This document shows, in pieces, positions 13,129 through 25,220 of a stretch of 64,000 nt of DNA. The stretch lies in NCBI GenBank assembly GCA_951406725.2, contig OX597824.1:1488001-1552000 (forward strand), written 5' to 3'. Source of the stretch: Octopus vulgaris. Lineage: Eukaryota. A program made the position numbers and the translations under genes. The notes beneath the pieces were generated by a model. The model was given only the letters and a program-made list of their open reading frames with translations. It was not told the origin of the DNA and ran no database searches. Every line of letters begins with the position of its first letter. The stretch's first letter is position 1.

Positions 13129-13173
<45 letters not shown>

Positions 13174-13206
13174 AAACAAAGGAATGTCAATCTCTCTCTA
13201 TATATA

Positions 13207-13267
<61 letters not shown>

Positions 13268-13306
13268 TTAATTTATATATAATATTAACATATATATATA
13301 CATATA

Positions 13307-13347
<41 letters not shown>

Positions 13348-13351
13348 ATAT

Positions 13352-13414
<63 letters not shown>

Positions 13415-13431
13415 TATATATATATATGTAC

Positions 13432-13935
13432 TTTATAGATGAAAGATAGATATTCTCCGTATAGAATATTCTTGGTAGTGCTCAAGAGATTTAAACTTGA
13501 GCAGGTAGAGGAATACATTTAAGGAGAAGCAAGTTAGGCAAGTCGAAATACAAAAAAAGAAAAATTACTAAATACATTTAATACAAAAAATGCACAAATG
13601 TTTTCATATAAAACGGTCCGAGTTTTATAGTTCTCCACAAAGCCTTTTCAACTTTAATATCCTTTCTGTAAACACGTCAAATGTAAAATTCTTCCCTGAA
13701 GACGGAGGTTGATATTATCCATTGATGAAATCAATTAAAAATCATTATTTCGTACCACCAAGCCCCAAGAAACTGCTGTCGGACTCCTAAATATTTTATT
13801 CAACCCTTTTAATTCGTGTCATCATTTACATTCTGTGTAAGTTGGACCTTTTATATGTAAACATTTTGTATTAAATGTATTTTAATATTTTTGTATATCG
13901 ACTTGCCTCACTAGCTTGTCCTTACTTTTACTCAT
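13432..13935. mobile_element. (TA)n-embedded fold-back element: leader, inverted repeats (13520-13619 / 13844-13924) and an internal hammerhead
   Basis: TAAGGAGAAGCAAGTTAGGCAAGTCGAAATAC...AAATACATTTAATACAAAA...CATATAAAACGGTCC is mirrored, with gaps, by GGACCTTTTATATG...TTTTGTATTAAATGTATTT...GTATATCGACTTGCCTCACTAGCTTGTCCTTA. Confidence 0.8.
13693..13783 (+). ncRNA. Type I hammerhead ribozyme with canonical core and degenerate stem II
   Basis: TCC-CTGAAGA-CGGAGGTTG...CAAGCCCCAA-GAAAC-TGCT-GTC-GGA. GUC cleavage triplet; stem III is one change from the palindrome ACTGCAGT. Confidence 0.7.
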
Positions 13936-13959
13936 ATGTATATATATGAGTAAAACAAA

Positions 13960-14444
13960 ACATAAAGAGGATCGAAGCGCCAAAAAGATCAATCACAAAA
14001 ACAATAAATGACATAATGGAACTTGATTATTGGGCTCGACTTAAACAGCTGAAGCCCTGTTCTCTGCAAGGCCGCCGTGAACGATACATTATTTGAACCA
14101 TGTAGAAAATATTCCGCCAATATTATCCAAATGATATCGGTATTATGTTTGCAATTCACCCAAGACTAGGCCTCCGTGCAATGCGTCCCTTACAAAGGTC
14201 GAGATCACATCACATAAGAACATTGCAACACAATTTCTTCACTGCAAATGGTCCTGTACTTTTCAATGTTATCCCGAAAGAAATTAATGTAGAAAAAGAC
14301 CCCACAACTTTCAAACAGTACCTGGACAAATTCCTCCAGGAAATACCGGACAAACCATCTACACCTGGATACGTCTCAACCAACAACAACTCTCTGGTCC
14401 AGTGGTCCATGGTGTCCCAAAATAATTAACTAAAAGACTTTTCC

Positions 14445-14450
<6 letters not shown>
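13960..14450 (+). pseudogene. CR1/L2-group LINE RT C-terminus and 3' end (stops and frameshifts), followed by (TATG)n
   Basis: IMELDYWARLKQLKPCSLQGRRERYII*...HNFFTANGPVLFNVIPKEI...FKQYLDKFLQEIPDKPSTPGY matches the CR1/L2 motifs Y..RL..L...SL..RR.R and F....P.LFN.LP...FK..LD.FL..IPD.P. Confidence 0.85.
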
Positions 14451-14479
<29 letters not shown>

Positions 14480-15538
14480 TGTATGTATGTATGTATGTAT
14501 GTATGTATGTATCCAGAACTGTCAGAGTGTCTATTCACGTTTACGAATGTAAGTATATAAAACTTCATATAATCCATTTAGTCAGTTGCTACTTAGTAAT
14601 AACCTATGTCTATTACGTAATGCAACTAACGAAATAACTTCTAAATATTATATTGAATATTATTCTTTTCGTTAACCAAAATCTTTTCATTTCAAATACA
14701 AATCAATATACCATAATTTTACATTAAACGAAAAATATATATAATGTCTTTGAACGTTTAAAATACCGCTGAATAAATCAGTTATTAATATTCGTTTATT
14801 TTTTTGAATTTTGATGCAATTTTACTAAAGTATCATGTCAAGTAGAGAGAAAAAAAGATAAAACGCATAGAAGTATAGAACACAAAATTTAAAAAGCTGA
14901 TATATATGTATACTCTCTATATAAAATATATTATATATTTAGTAGTAAATAAAATGACTAAAATGTAAATAAAGAACTTGTAATATCATACCCAACACTT
15001 TTTTTTATATCGCAATAAACATTTTGAAGTAAAATTATATATCAAATCTGAAGATGAATTTTAAATTGAAAATATATGCAAAATCTTTAGCTGATTCTTT
15101 CAAGATAATACTTTGAAGCAGATGAAATGAAAGTAAAACATATCTATTTGAAGAAGATGTTAATATCGCAGCCACAGATATGCTCATGATTTAAAGGAGA
15201 TTGTCTTTGAACCGCCTGATTACAGATTAGATTCCAGTGTGTGGCACCTTAAACCACCAACATCTCCTATCGCCTCAAGTCGGTTCAATAAGTTTGTGTA
15301 ATAAAAAAAGGGATGCCGGAAATGCACGGGCGTAATCCTATGCATTTTGTCTCTCTAAGACCACTCTTAGATGCCTTTAGGGTCCACTATGATACGGATA
15401 CGGATTAGTTCACTACTTTGACCCGAATAATATCTATAGACTCACTTAAACAGCATCAAATTAAAAGAAGAATGAGTATAGCATTTATATCACAAATACA
15501 CACACACAAAGACACGTCACTCTCTCTCTCTCTCTCAC

Positions 15539-15790
15539 ACGTTGTGCTTGCGCTGAGAATGCTTCTGAGAGAATAACCAGACATTGATGTTTCGACCTGA
15601 TCTTCGTCTTCATTGACAAAAGCCACCAGACAAGGAACCAATACATGAAGCGCATCAGAGCTGACGACCGTCTAAAATTAGCCAAGGATGCTTCCCGTGT
15701 TTTAAGACATTATTAAAACTGATAGGATCCAGAAGTTACATCAAAACGTCTCCCAATTGTCTAACGAGCCTGGAACAGCTAAAGGAATGC
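15539..15790. other. Coding-like island: either a decayed MCM-like AAA+ fragment (+) or a candidate first coding exon (-)
   Basis: + strand: FDLIFVFIDK...QYMKRIR...KLAKDASRVLRHY*...LPIV*R/LEQL. - strand: acceptor TTTAGCTGTTCCAG at 15770, in-frame stop, ATG at 15655 (MRFMYWFLVWWLLS...AQAQ), donor GTGAGA at 15538. Confidence 0.35.
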
Positions 15791-16064
15791 CCTGTTTCTC
15801 CTTTTCTCTGTGGCAAAAGTTTCATAAGCAGAGAGAAAAAAATGAGTGAATACGATACATTGCACACAACAAAATTAAACACATAAAATTATGTTGCGAT
15901 CAGGTATTGCTGCTTCTTGATTTTGTGGTAATGAGAACATAATTAAATCGTTCATTGAAAGACTGGCGAACATTATAAAATCAATAATTGTTTCGTCGAT
16001 TAAGGGGGTCTAAATAAGCTTCTCTTTTGGTTATGGTGAAATCTTAAGGGCTCTTTAGTTCTAC

Positions 16065-16222
16065 TTTCTGTCTTTACGTTCTGTGTTCAAATTCTGCCGA
16101 GGTCGACTTTGTCTTTCATACTTTCGGGGTCGATAAATTAAGTACCAGTTGCGTACTGGGGTCAATCTAATTGACTAGTCCCCTCCCACAAAATTTCGGG
16201 CCTTGTGCCTAGAGTAGAAAAG
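16065..16222 (+). mobile_element. Family-B SINE, 3' portion
   Basis: TCTGTCTTTACGTTCTGTGTTCAAATTCTGCCGAGGTCGACTTTG...GGGGTCGATAAATTAAGTACCAGTTGCGTACTGGGG...GGCCTTGTGCCTAGAGTAGAAAAG. Confidence 0.85.
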
Positions 16223-17549
16223 AACAGTTCTACTTTCGAAAGTTGATTCACATCATAAAAAATCGAGTAATTAGAGAGAAATCGGGAACGCTGGCAGAAA
16301 CAGTAATACATCGCAGTAATTCTCGCGTAACGTTAGATTTCTCCTTTCAGCATTCTGGTTTGAAATCTTACCGAAGCCGCGTTGTACCTTTCTGTTATTG
16401 ATAAATTCATTACTAGTCGTATGTTTAATCAATCTACTTACCCTCGATAGATCTAAAGCAAATATTTTAAATCAATAATTAATTTAGTTAATGCATTCTC
16501 CTTTAAGTTAAGAAAGTCTACGATTTTTCATGGGTGAGAAGACAGGTGCATTCGGTGATATAGCCATCGGTGGGATTTATGGAATTAAACCGCTGCGATT
16601 AGATTTTGAATTAGAGTTGCTTACACACACACACACACACACACACATTTTTCTCATAGTTTACTTACAATTGTACAGTGGTCATCATATACACAAGTTG
16701 AATTACACAAAGGCATATGCAAATGTATAAGTATTTATATATTTTGATAGGATGTAGGTAGTTATTGTGTTGCATCGTTGAATGACAATCGATAAATGTT
16801 AACAATATTGATTTATAATTCTACTATCTGAAGAAAATTGAAAACAAAAGCACATTTTTTTCACAATGACCTCCATCCGTACTCCGAGTCTCTGTAAATT
16901 AAACGGTAATTATTATTAAACTAATCTTTTTCATTGTGGTTTTCATTCTCGTTAGCGTCATTGTTAATTTTTCGCTCTTCTTCCTATTTTCTGTCTCCAG
17001 GGATGTTGTTGATGTTATTGTTATAAAAACACAAGACGTTCATTCAACCCTCTTCAAACATGTCATTTCTCTACAATACCAACATCACATTAAACTGAAC
17101 TGGTCATAATCGCTTTCTGATATTTTATTCTAATATTCTTTGAGCCAGATTATTAAAGGTACTGACGTGTCCTACAAACATTATAAATCAATCATATTGA
17201 AAAGCACATCGGCACAAAAGCCTGACATGTTCTCTTCTCTTACAAAGCCTCTTGTCATATCATATTTATCGTAAAATTACATCCAATTGAAGAGCAATTA
17301 CTTAAATTCATTTCACATTTCGCTTTACATTATATTGTTTGTCATATCTTTATGGAAATTCACATCACTGCACATCTAATTCATAATATATTTTACACAA
17401 GTGCATAAATAATCTAAGCATGACTTATATATTGGAAATGTTTTCAAGTGGCGAAATTAGTGTCCGTCTGTGTACGGCGGCTGCGTACGGCTGGGAACAA
17501 AACATTCTATGGCAGAAACAACGAGCAATAGCGATTACAGGTTAATTTA

Positions 17550-17922
17550 CAGGCGCTGGAGTGGCTGTGTGGTAAGTAGCTTGCTTACCAACCACATGGT
17601 CATGGGTTCAGTCCCACTGCGTGGCACCTTGGGCATAGCATCGAGCCTGCCAAAGCCTTGTGAGGGGATTTGGTAGACGGAAACTGGAAGAAGCCCGTCG
17701 TATATGTATGTTTGTGCATATGTTTGTGTGTCTGTGCTTGTCCTACCAACATCGCTTGATAACTGATGCTGGTGTGTTTATGTTCCCGTAACTTAGCGGT
17801 TCGACAACATAGACCGATAGAATAAATACTAGGTTTACAAAGAATAAGTTCTGGGGTCGATTTGCTCGACTAAAGGCGGTACTCCAGTATGGCCCCAGTC
17901 AAATGACTGAAATGAGTAAAAG
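17550..17922 (+). mobile_element. tRNA-type SINE, family A, near full length, followed by (AAT)n
   Basis: A-box-like TGGCTGTGTGG, B-box-like GGTTCAGTCCC, internal TA/TG microsatellite, 3' GGGGTCGATTTGCTCGACTAAAGGCGGT...ATGACTGAAA; several homologous copies in the window. Confidence 0.88.
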
Positions 17923-17944
17923 AGGCGTTTGCTATGGAATAGAA

Positions 17945-17997
<53 letters not shown>

Positions 17998-18117
17998 TAA
18001 TAATAATTATCATTATAGTAATAATAATAATAATAATAAAAGCAAAACATCAAAACGAGATATTTAGATATAGGTTTTTAAATTTTGGCACAAAGCCAGC
18101 AAATTCAGTGGAATAGT

Positions 18118-18372
18118 CATGATATTAATGTGCAAGTGGCTGAGATCACCACAGCCATTACTATCCTTAACATAGCTTCCAGGGAAAGTCAGCATGACAC
18201 AAAAAATCTGACAAGGCTGATCCCCTGAATTACAGGTACAAGTCATATTGTCAACGGAGTGTTCTGGAGAAACGTGATGTAAAATGTCTTGCTCAAGGAC
18301 ACAACACGCTGCCGAGAATCGAACTCACGACCCTGAACCGACGACTCTAACCACCAAGCCACGCGCCTTCCA
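18118..18372 (-). mobile_element. tRNA-derived SINE, family C
   Basis: Minus strand GGCGCGTGGCTTGGTGGTTAGAG...GAGTTCGATTCTC (A and B boxes), followed by GTGTTGTGTCCTTGAGCAAGACATTTT. Related decayed pieces near 32740-32875 and 59000-59180. Confidence 0.75.
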
Positions 18373-19333
18373 TAAAGTGAATTAAAACATATGCCTAAAG
18401 AAAGCCATGAATTATTTATGAAATATATATATATGCGTTAAATGATGGTTGCTGTGGCAGATCTTCAGTCGATCGCAGCATATTGAAAAACTGATGCCTT
18501 CTGAAGCGGAACACGAAGTAGTTTACTCTTTTTATGAAAAGCCGTGATGCCTTCCTTTACACTTGACCAAATAAAAAATGTACGATTATGATAAAAAAAA
18601 ATATTCTTAACGTTGCAAATATTTATAGTTCATATGCATCAGATATCTAACTTTTAATATTTTAAGTATACTTTGTATAGAGTCACATGTAGGGGGAAAA
18701 ATCGTTTCCAGACAATAATTATCACAAAATTTCCTTGTTTCATTCCAGATTTTAGGACATTTTATTTTCTGTTTCCTCAACACCAATTTATACATACATT
18801 TACTCAGTTTTAGTTTAAGTGAAATACATAGAGGGATACGAAGATGTCAGATTAGTTATGGGTACAAAGATAGAAGGGATGGGTAAGTGCGCAGAGAGGA
18901 TGGTTAAGAACTTCTAACCTTCCTAACCAAGCCTCGACTCTAACAAAATCTTGTAAGTGGAATATACCTCAGGGAAACTGAATAGAAACCAGACTGATTT
19001 ACATACATACATGCACGCATACATAAATTCATTCATAAATACATACGTATATACGTGCATATATACGTTCATGCAAACATACCTACATAAATGCATGCAT
19101 ACATATATGCATGTGTATATGCATGTATACAACACATACATATATACATATGATGCATACATGTATATATACATGTGAGTGTAATCCTTTCGAGGTCGAT
19201 TATATAAGTACCAGTTACGCACTTTGTCCCTTTATATGTTCCAGCAGAACCGCAGTCATATGACCGAAACAAGGAAAAGAGTAAAAGAATATTGTAAATA
19301 TATATATATGCATTGTATATATATATATTGTGC

Positions 19334-19374
<41 letters not shown>

Positions 19375-20351
19375 TTGTGTGTATATATATATATATATGC
19401 ATATATACTTATATATATATACATATATATGTATATATGTATATATTATATATACTACTACTACCACCTCTTCATTGCTGGTCTGCTGGTTCCGTCGCTA
19501 GAATACGGTACCGGTTTGCTCACCCGCTCGCAATGTATTCGATACAGCTGTACATCTTTAAACAGTTAGAGGAATTGTCCTCTTGGGGTTACAAAAATTG
19601 CCGTACAATCCTGTCGAAAAGAACAGCCATGTTGAAGTGGCTGTGAACATTATATATATATATATATATACGAACATATATATATATGTACGTATAATTA
19701 TACACACACACTCACTGACACACACACACACGCACATGCATACAGACGCGCGCGCTCACGCACACATATATCTCTACAAACAGGCTACCTCTTTACAATT
19801 ATGCCATTTCTATACAAGTATAACGGCCCCTCATACCACCACTACCACCATCTAACTCTCAGCTGTTGGTAGCAGGATGGACTGCGATGCATGCTCTGAG
19901 ACTAGATTCACACTGTGGCTGTGTCTTTCTATTTTCTTCTCAATTAACATAATTAGGGGCCTTCTTCGGCATGCCCTTCTTCCTGGCTAAGAGATTGAAA
20001 AATATATCTATTGATATACATTTTGGTAAATAACATAACATTTCTATCGAGTATTTCTGATCAGGCATCAGCCAAAGGTTAAAAACGTAATTCGATGGAC
20101 CTCAACGAAAGGGATTTAGTAAAAAGTTCCGCCAAATCTTTGGAAAACAGAGATGCAGCGACGATCAAAAGATATAAGATGTCCCAGGATACTCTTAGCA
20201 TTTTCTACAGAAGGAATATGGAAATCATCGCTGTCATTCACCATTAAACATAGCATTTTACATGTATGTAAATATGTATGCGTATATAATATATATATAT
20301 ATAATACATCTACCTATATGATATATATCATACATACATATATATATATGT

Positions 20352-20512
20352 GACGGGATTATTTCTGTTTCATCTACCAAATCCACTAACAAGGCCTTGG
20401 TCGGCTCAAGGCTTTAGCTGAAGACACTTGCGCAAAGTGCCACGCATTGGGAGTGAACCTGGAAACATGTGGTTGAGAATCAAGCTTCTTAGCACGCAGC
20501 CACTCCTTCACC
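20352..20512 (-). mobile_element. Family-A SINE, 5' half
   Basis: TCTACCAAATCCACT..CAAGGC.TTGGTCGGC...GAAGACACTTG...GTGCCACGCA...GAACCTGGAAACATGTGGTTG...CAGCCACTCC. Confidence 0.8.
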
Positions 20513-20601
20513 TATATATATATATGTATATATATATATACTTACATCTATTCATACATACATACACACACACATACATACATGCATACATATATATGTT
20601 C

Positions 20602-20654
<53 letters not shown>

Positions 20655-21089
20655 AAGGGGAGGCTGAGTGGCAGCACACACACATATGTGTGTGTGTGTA
20701 TAAGAATGAAGTTATAATCTCTGTTCGTGTGTCCACACATTCATACATCAGTGTTAAGTAATTGATGTTGTTTTGTTCGTTGAAACGTGAGATATAACTA
20801 AATTTCCTTGAACTCGCACTGACAATAAATTAAATCGTATTGAACTTTCCCTTTCTATAGCGAGGCCTTCATATTGATTGAACTAATATGTTGACATCAG
20901 TGAGGCATTAACACATCTCTTGAGCTGAGCCTCTCCATCTTTACGTGACTTAACAGCAATATTATGCGTAGATATATTGCTCACCTCGTGGCGAGAAGAG
21001 GAAGAAAAAGGAAACGAAGAGGGGAAAAGCATTACTGCACAACAGCCACAATCATTTGCGTTATTATAAAGCTGATGCTGGATACACTT

Positions 21090-21511
21090 ACATTCATTCA
21101 CACACACACACACACACACATACATACATGCGCACACACGTACATACATACATACACACACACATACATATATACATATATACATACATACACACATGCC
21201 TGTATATGTGAGTATGTGTGTGTGTGCACACCCACGCGTAAACACACATGTTCATGCAACTGTCATACATATATATATATATATATAATACATATATATA
21301 TATATATGCATATATATATGCGTATATATATGCGTATATATATATATATATATATATGTAATACATATATATATGCATATATATATGTGTATATATATAT
21401 ATACATATATATATGTATATATATATGCATATATAATACATATATATATGCGTATATATATATATGTATGTATATATATGCATATATATGCATGCATATA
21501 TATATATATGC

Positions 21512-21592
<81 letters not shown>
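21090..21592. repeat. Compound (CA)n/(TA)n/(TATG) array of about 500 bp
   Basis: Directly visible; accounts for the 231-aa and 185-aa pseudo-ORFs. Confidence 0.97.
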
Positions 21593-22199
21593 CCAAGAAA
21601 GAAAGAGAAGAGAGAGAGAGAGTGATAAAGAGAAAAAGAGGAGAGAATCAATTATATAGGAAGCTACAAGAAGGGTTTAAGGTTTCGATACGATTAAATT
21701 GAAAACCGACTTTTAATATTAAATCTATGAAGGGATTGATTTATTATTTATTATAGGAAAAGAGCAAAAGAAAAATGGAATTCCGAATGGAGTTCTGTGA
21801 AAAAAAAAAGAAAGAAAGGAAAAACTTTATTCTATATTTGTTCCTGTGTAGACGTCCTTGGCAATTATCCCAGATAAAATCCAATAGCACCAGTTTATCA
21901 TCGTGTTAGGAAAAGGTTAGGACTTCAGTTGCGTAACAAATCTAAAAGTGTTATGAGGAGGAGGAGGAATGATTATAGGAATAATAATGTTCAATTGGAG
22001 AAGTAATGAGAAACGGATCATATTCTTCATAATAATGGAGTTAAATAAACAGCAACAGAATCGAAGACAAAATTAGTTAAGAACCAAGGTCAATAATTTT
22101 GTGGAGAGAGAATTATCAGATATCAACGACCCCAACAATTGACAGGTACTTTATTTTACCGATTCCTAGAGTACACGACAAAGTTGATCCAGGCAGTAT

Positions 22200-22417
22200 A
22201 CTTTGCTACACTAAGTACAAGGCCCGAAATTTTGGGGGAGAGGGCCAGTCAATGAGATCGACCCCAGTATGCAACTGGTACTTAATTTATCGACCCCGAA
22301 AGGATGAAAAGCAGAGTCGACTTTAGCGAAATTTGAACTCAGAAGGTAAAGATAGACGAACTATACCGCTAGATATTTTGCCCGGTGTGCTACCGTTTCT
22401 GCCAGCTCGTCGCCTTT
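22200..22417 (-). mobile_element. Family-B SINE, full length
   Basis: Reverse complement begins AAGGCGACGAGCTGGCAGAAACGGTAGCACACCGGGCAAAAT and aligns along its length to the 16065 and 26213 copies. Confidence 0.87.
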
Positions 22418-22514
22418 GATCCAAGTAATATTGTAAATGAAAACAAGTAAAGAAAAGTACTGCAAAGTAGTTTTTCTTCACTCCTGAACGATTCTGTTAG
22501 CTCGGCTCAGTTTC

Positions 22515-22722
22515 GAAGGCGGCGAGTTGGTAGAATCGTTAGTACACAGGACAAAAACGTTTAGCGGCGTTTTGTCCGATTTATATTTAGAGTTCAAATT
22601 TGGCTGTGGTCGATTTCGCCTTTCATACTATCAGCGACGCTAAAATAAGTACCAGTTGAATCGTGGGTTTAATGTAATCAACTTACGCCTTCCTTCAGAA
22701 TTTGCTGGCCTTCTACCCAAAA
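22515..22722 (+). mobile_element. Family-B SINE, full length, head-to-head with the previous copy
   Basis: GAAGGCGGCGAGTTGGTAGAATCGTTAGTAC...GAGTTCAAATTTGGCTGTGGTCGATTTCGCCTTTCAT...AAGTACCAGTTG. Confidence 0.83.
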
Positions 22723-22755
22723 CTTTGCGACCCTTATTATTATTATTATTAATTA

Positions 22756-22872
22756 TTCCTTCTTCCTTCAAATTTTCTTGCGTTTCTCGCCGAGTGTTTT
22801 CCGTACACCTAGGGCAGAGAAGCTCATTGTATGCATTCCCAGATTACACACGCAAATTCACAGGTGAAATAT

Positions 22873-22874
<2 letters not shown>
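22756..22874. mobile_element. Short insert within a (TTA)n array
   Basis: About 120 bp of complex sequence bounded on both sides by in-phase TTA repeats. Confidence 0.55.
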
Positions 22875-22937
<63 letters not shown>

Positions 22938-22952
22938 TAGTTTTATTTTATA

Positions 22953-22998
<46 letters not shown>

Positions 22999-23550
22999 GT
23001 GAGAGAGCAGTTCATGCCATCAAAGTGACACTGGGGTAAAATATACGAAGCCCAATATACCCATCATGACTACCCGTCTGATAAAGGTACACCAGGCACA
23101 TGCATCACAGCCATATGTGCGCGACATGGTGATCTCATATCAAGATAAACAGCACATGACCTTGCAGGTGGGGCCCAGTTAGAATTTTCTTCAGGTTGAG
23201 TAGCCCATCCTGCTCAAACGGTCCCTGATAAGGGTTGCTTTAGGATGTTGAACGAAACACCTATGTTTCCAGAGGTGAACCATTCAAACTCCAAAGAATC
23301 CCTCTCAACACATGGCCATGATGCTCCCCCACTACTTCTGCTCGTGATCAGAGATGCACATATCGTCAGCCACTAAGGGACATGCTCAACTGGTTAAGGT
23401 CAAACAACTGACAAGCAAATCTGTGGTATTGAGCAGAATATTTGCTGTAGCCCATCTTTTATACCAAGACAAAACAATGTACATGATAACACTTCCAATC
23501 AGTTAAGATCAGAAGCCATGAGAGCCACTGCCTGGTACTGCATCAGGGCA

Positions 23551-23552
<2 letters not shown>
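22999..23552. mobile_element. About 550-bp non-coding element inserted in (TTA)n; candidate non-autonomous partner of R4/Dong
   Basis: Sharp boundaries with (TTA)n on both sides, higher GC, no ORF. Dong-clade elements are known to target TAA repeats, and an R4/Dong RT remnant lies at 45830. Confidence 0.65.
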
Positions 23553-23614
<62 letters not shown>

Positions 23615-24334
23615 TTATATTAATAATATTACACGTTCATTCGACCGCTAGCAGGGGCACGAGTAATAGCAGCAGAAGTGGAAGGAGTAGTATTAGTATT
23701 AGTGGTAGTAATAGTTATAATATAGTTATTTATTAATATCATCACCAGCATCATTATAACGGTAATATTTGTAACTCTCGTGTTGATATGTATAATATCT
23801 CTTAGCAGCTATTCATAACCTCCAATATTGTTTAATGCATGAGAAAATTTATCTCTGCACAACGGTGTGACGTTTGTTTGACTGTATGCAGATGGATGTT
23901 TGCGCGGAATACTCGCCCACAAACGCATGACATTAAATCTGTCTGTCTGTCTCTCTACATATAAATACATATAAATACATATATATATATGCATACATAC
24001 ATGCATACATGCATACATGCATACACACACATGCATATATAAACATATATGTTGTATTGAATATAACTGTGGGATCACGTAATAATTGCTTTTCTGTGTG
24101 GTTTGTAGCTTATATATTTATGTATTCATTGATTTCTTGTAAATAATAAGTTGCATCCATCTAAAGAACACATTATATACGCTTATGAGAAAACACATAC
24201 ACACACACACATACAGCCGCAGACACACACACGTATGTTTGTTTAAAATTAAGTGTGCATGAATGCATACATACATATCTATATATTCATATGGAAAATA
24301 TATGATATGATATCATATATATATATATATATGC

Positions 24335-24487
24335 AGGCGCAGGGGTGGCCGTGTGGTAGGTAGATTGCTAACTAAGCACATAGTTCCGGGTTCAGTCTCA
24401 CTCCATGGTACCTTGGGAAAGTGTCTTCTACTATAGCCTCGGGCCGATCAAAGATTTGTGAGTGGATTCGGTTGACGGAAACTGAAA

Positions 24488-24490
<3 letters not shown>
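24335..24490 (+). mobile_element. Family-A SINE, 5' half
   Basis: AGGCGCAGGGGTGGCCGTGTGGTAGG...CCGGGTTCAGTC...GTGTCTTCTACTATAGCCTCGGGCCGA...GACGGAAACTGAAAGAA, then (TA)n. Confidence 0.85.
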
Positions 24491-24523
<33 letters not shown>

Positions 24524-24532
24524 TTTTTTTTT

Positions 24533-24728
24533 TACTTGTTTCAGTCCTTTTGACTGCGGCCATGCTGGAGCACCGCCCTTAGTCGATCAAATCGACCGCG
24601 GGACTTATTCTTTGTAAGCCCAGTACTTATTTTATCGGTCTCTTTTGCCGAACCGCTAAGTGACGGGGACGTAAACACACCAGCATCGGTTGTCAAACAA
24701 TGCTAGGGGGACAAACACAGACACACAA

Positions 24729-24759
<31 letters not shown>

Positions 24760-24900
24760 CATATATATGACAGGCTTCTTTCAGTTTCCGTCTACCAAAT
24801 CCACTCACAAGACATTGCCCAAGATGCCACGCAGTGGAACTGAACCCGGAACCATGTGGTTGGTTAGCAAGCTACTTACCACACAGCCACTCCTGCGCCT
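24533..24900 (-). mobile_element. Family-A SINE, near full length, inverted relative to its neighbour
   Basis: Aligns as the reverse complement of 17550-17922 along its whole length. Confidence 0.88.
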
Positions 24901-24906
24901 ATATAT

Positions 24907-25220
24907 ATGGAAATAATATTGTAATACAAATGTATTAGTTTCCAGTAAAATAAAGCCCCATAAGGGTAGATTTATACATATAAAAACAGATAAGTGTTAC
25001 AACAAGGCACCAATATTTGCTGGAAAATAGCAATCGATACAAATACGACGCTATTGTATAGTTTCACTGCGTATTTACTAGCAAAGATGTTTGTTGCACA
25101 GACATGTCTTTACTGGTAAATACTCAGTGAAACTATACGATAGCGTCATATTTGTATCAATTGCTATTCTCCAGTAAATATTGGTATGTTGTTGGAGCAC
25201 TTATCTGTTTTTATACGTAT
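24907..25220. mobile_element. TA-flanked fold-back element: leader plus imperfect palindrome (24974-25094 / 25098-25220)
   Basis: ATACATATAAAAACAGATAAGTG...GTATAGTTTCACTG.GTATTTAC is mirrored by GTAAATAC.CAGTGAAACTATAC...CACTTATCTGTTTTTATACGTAT; arms about 120 bp with scattered mismatches. Confidence 0.85.
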
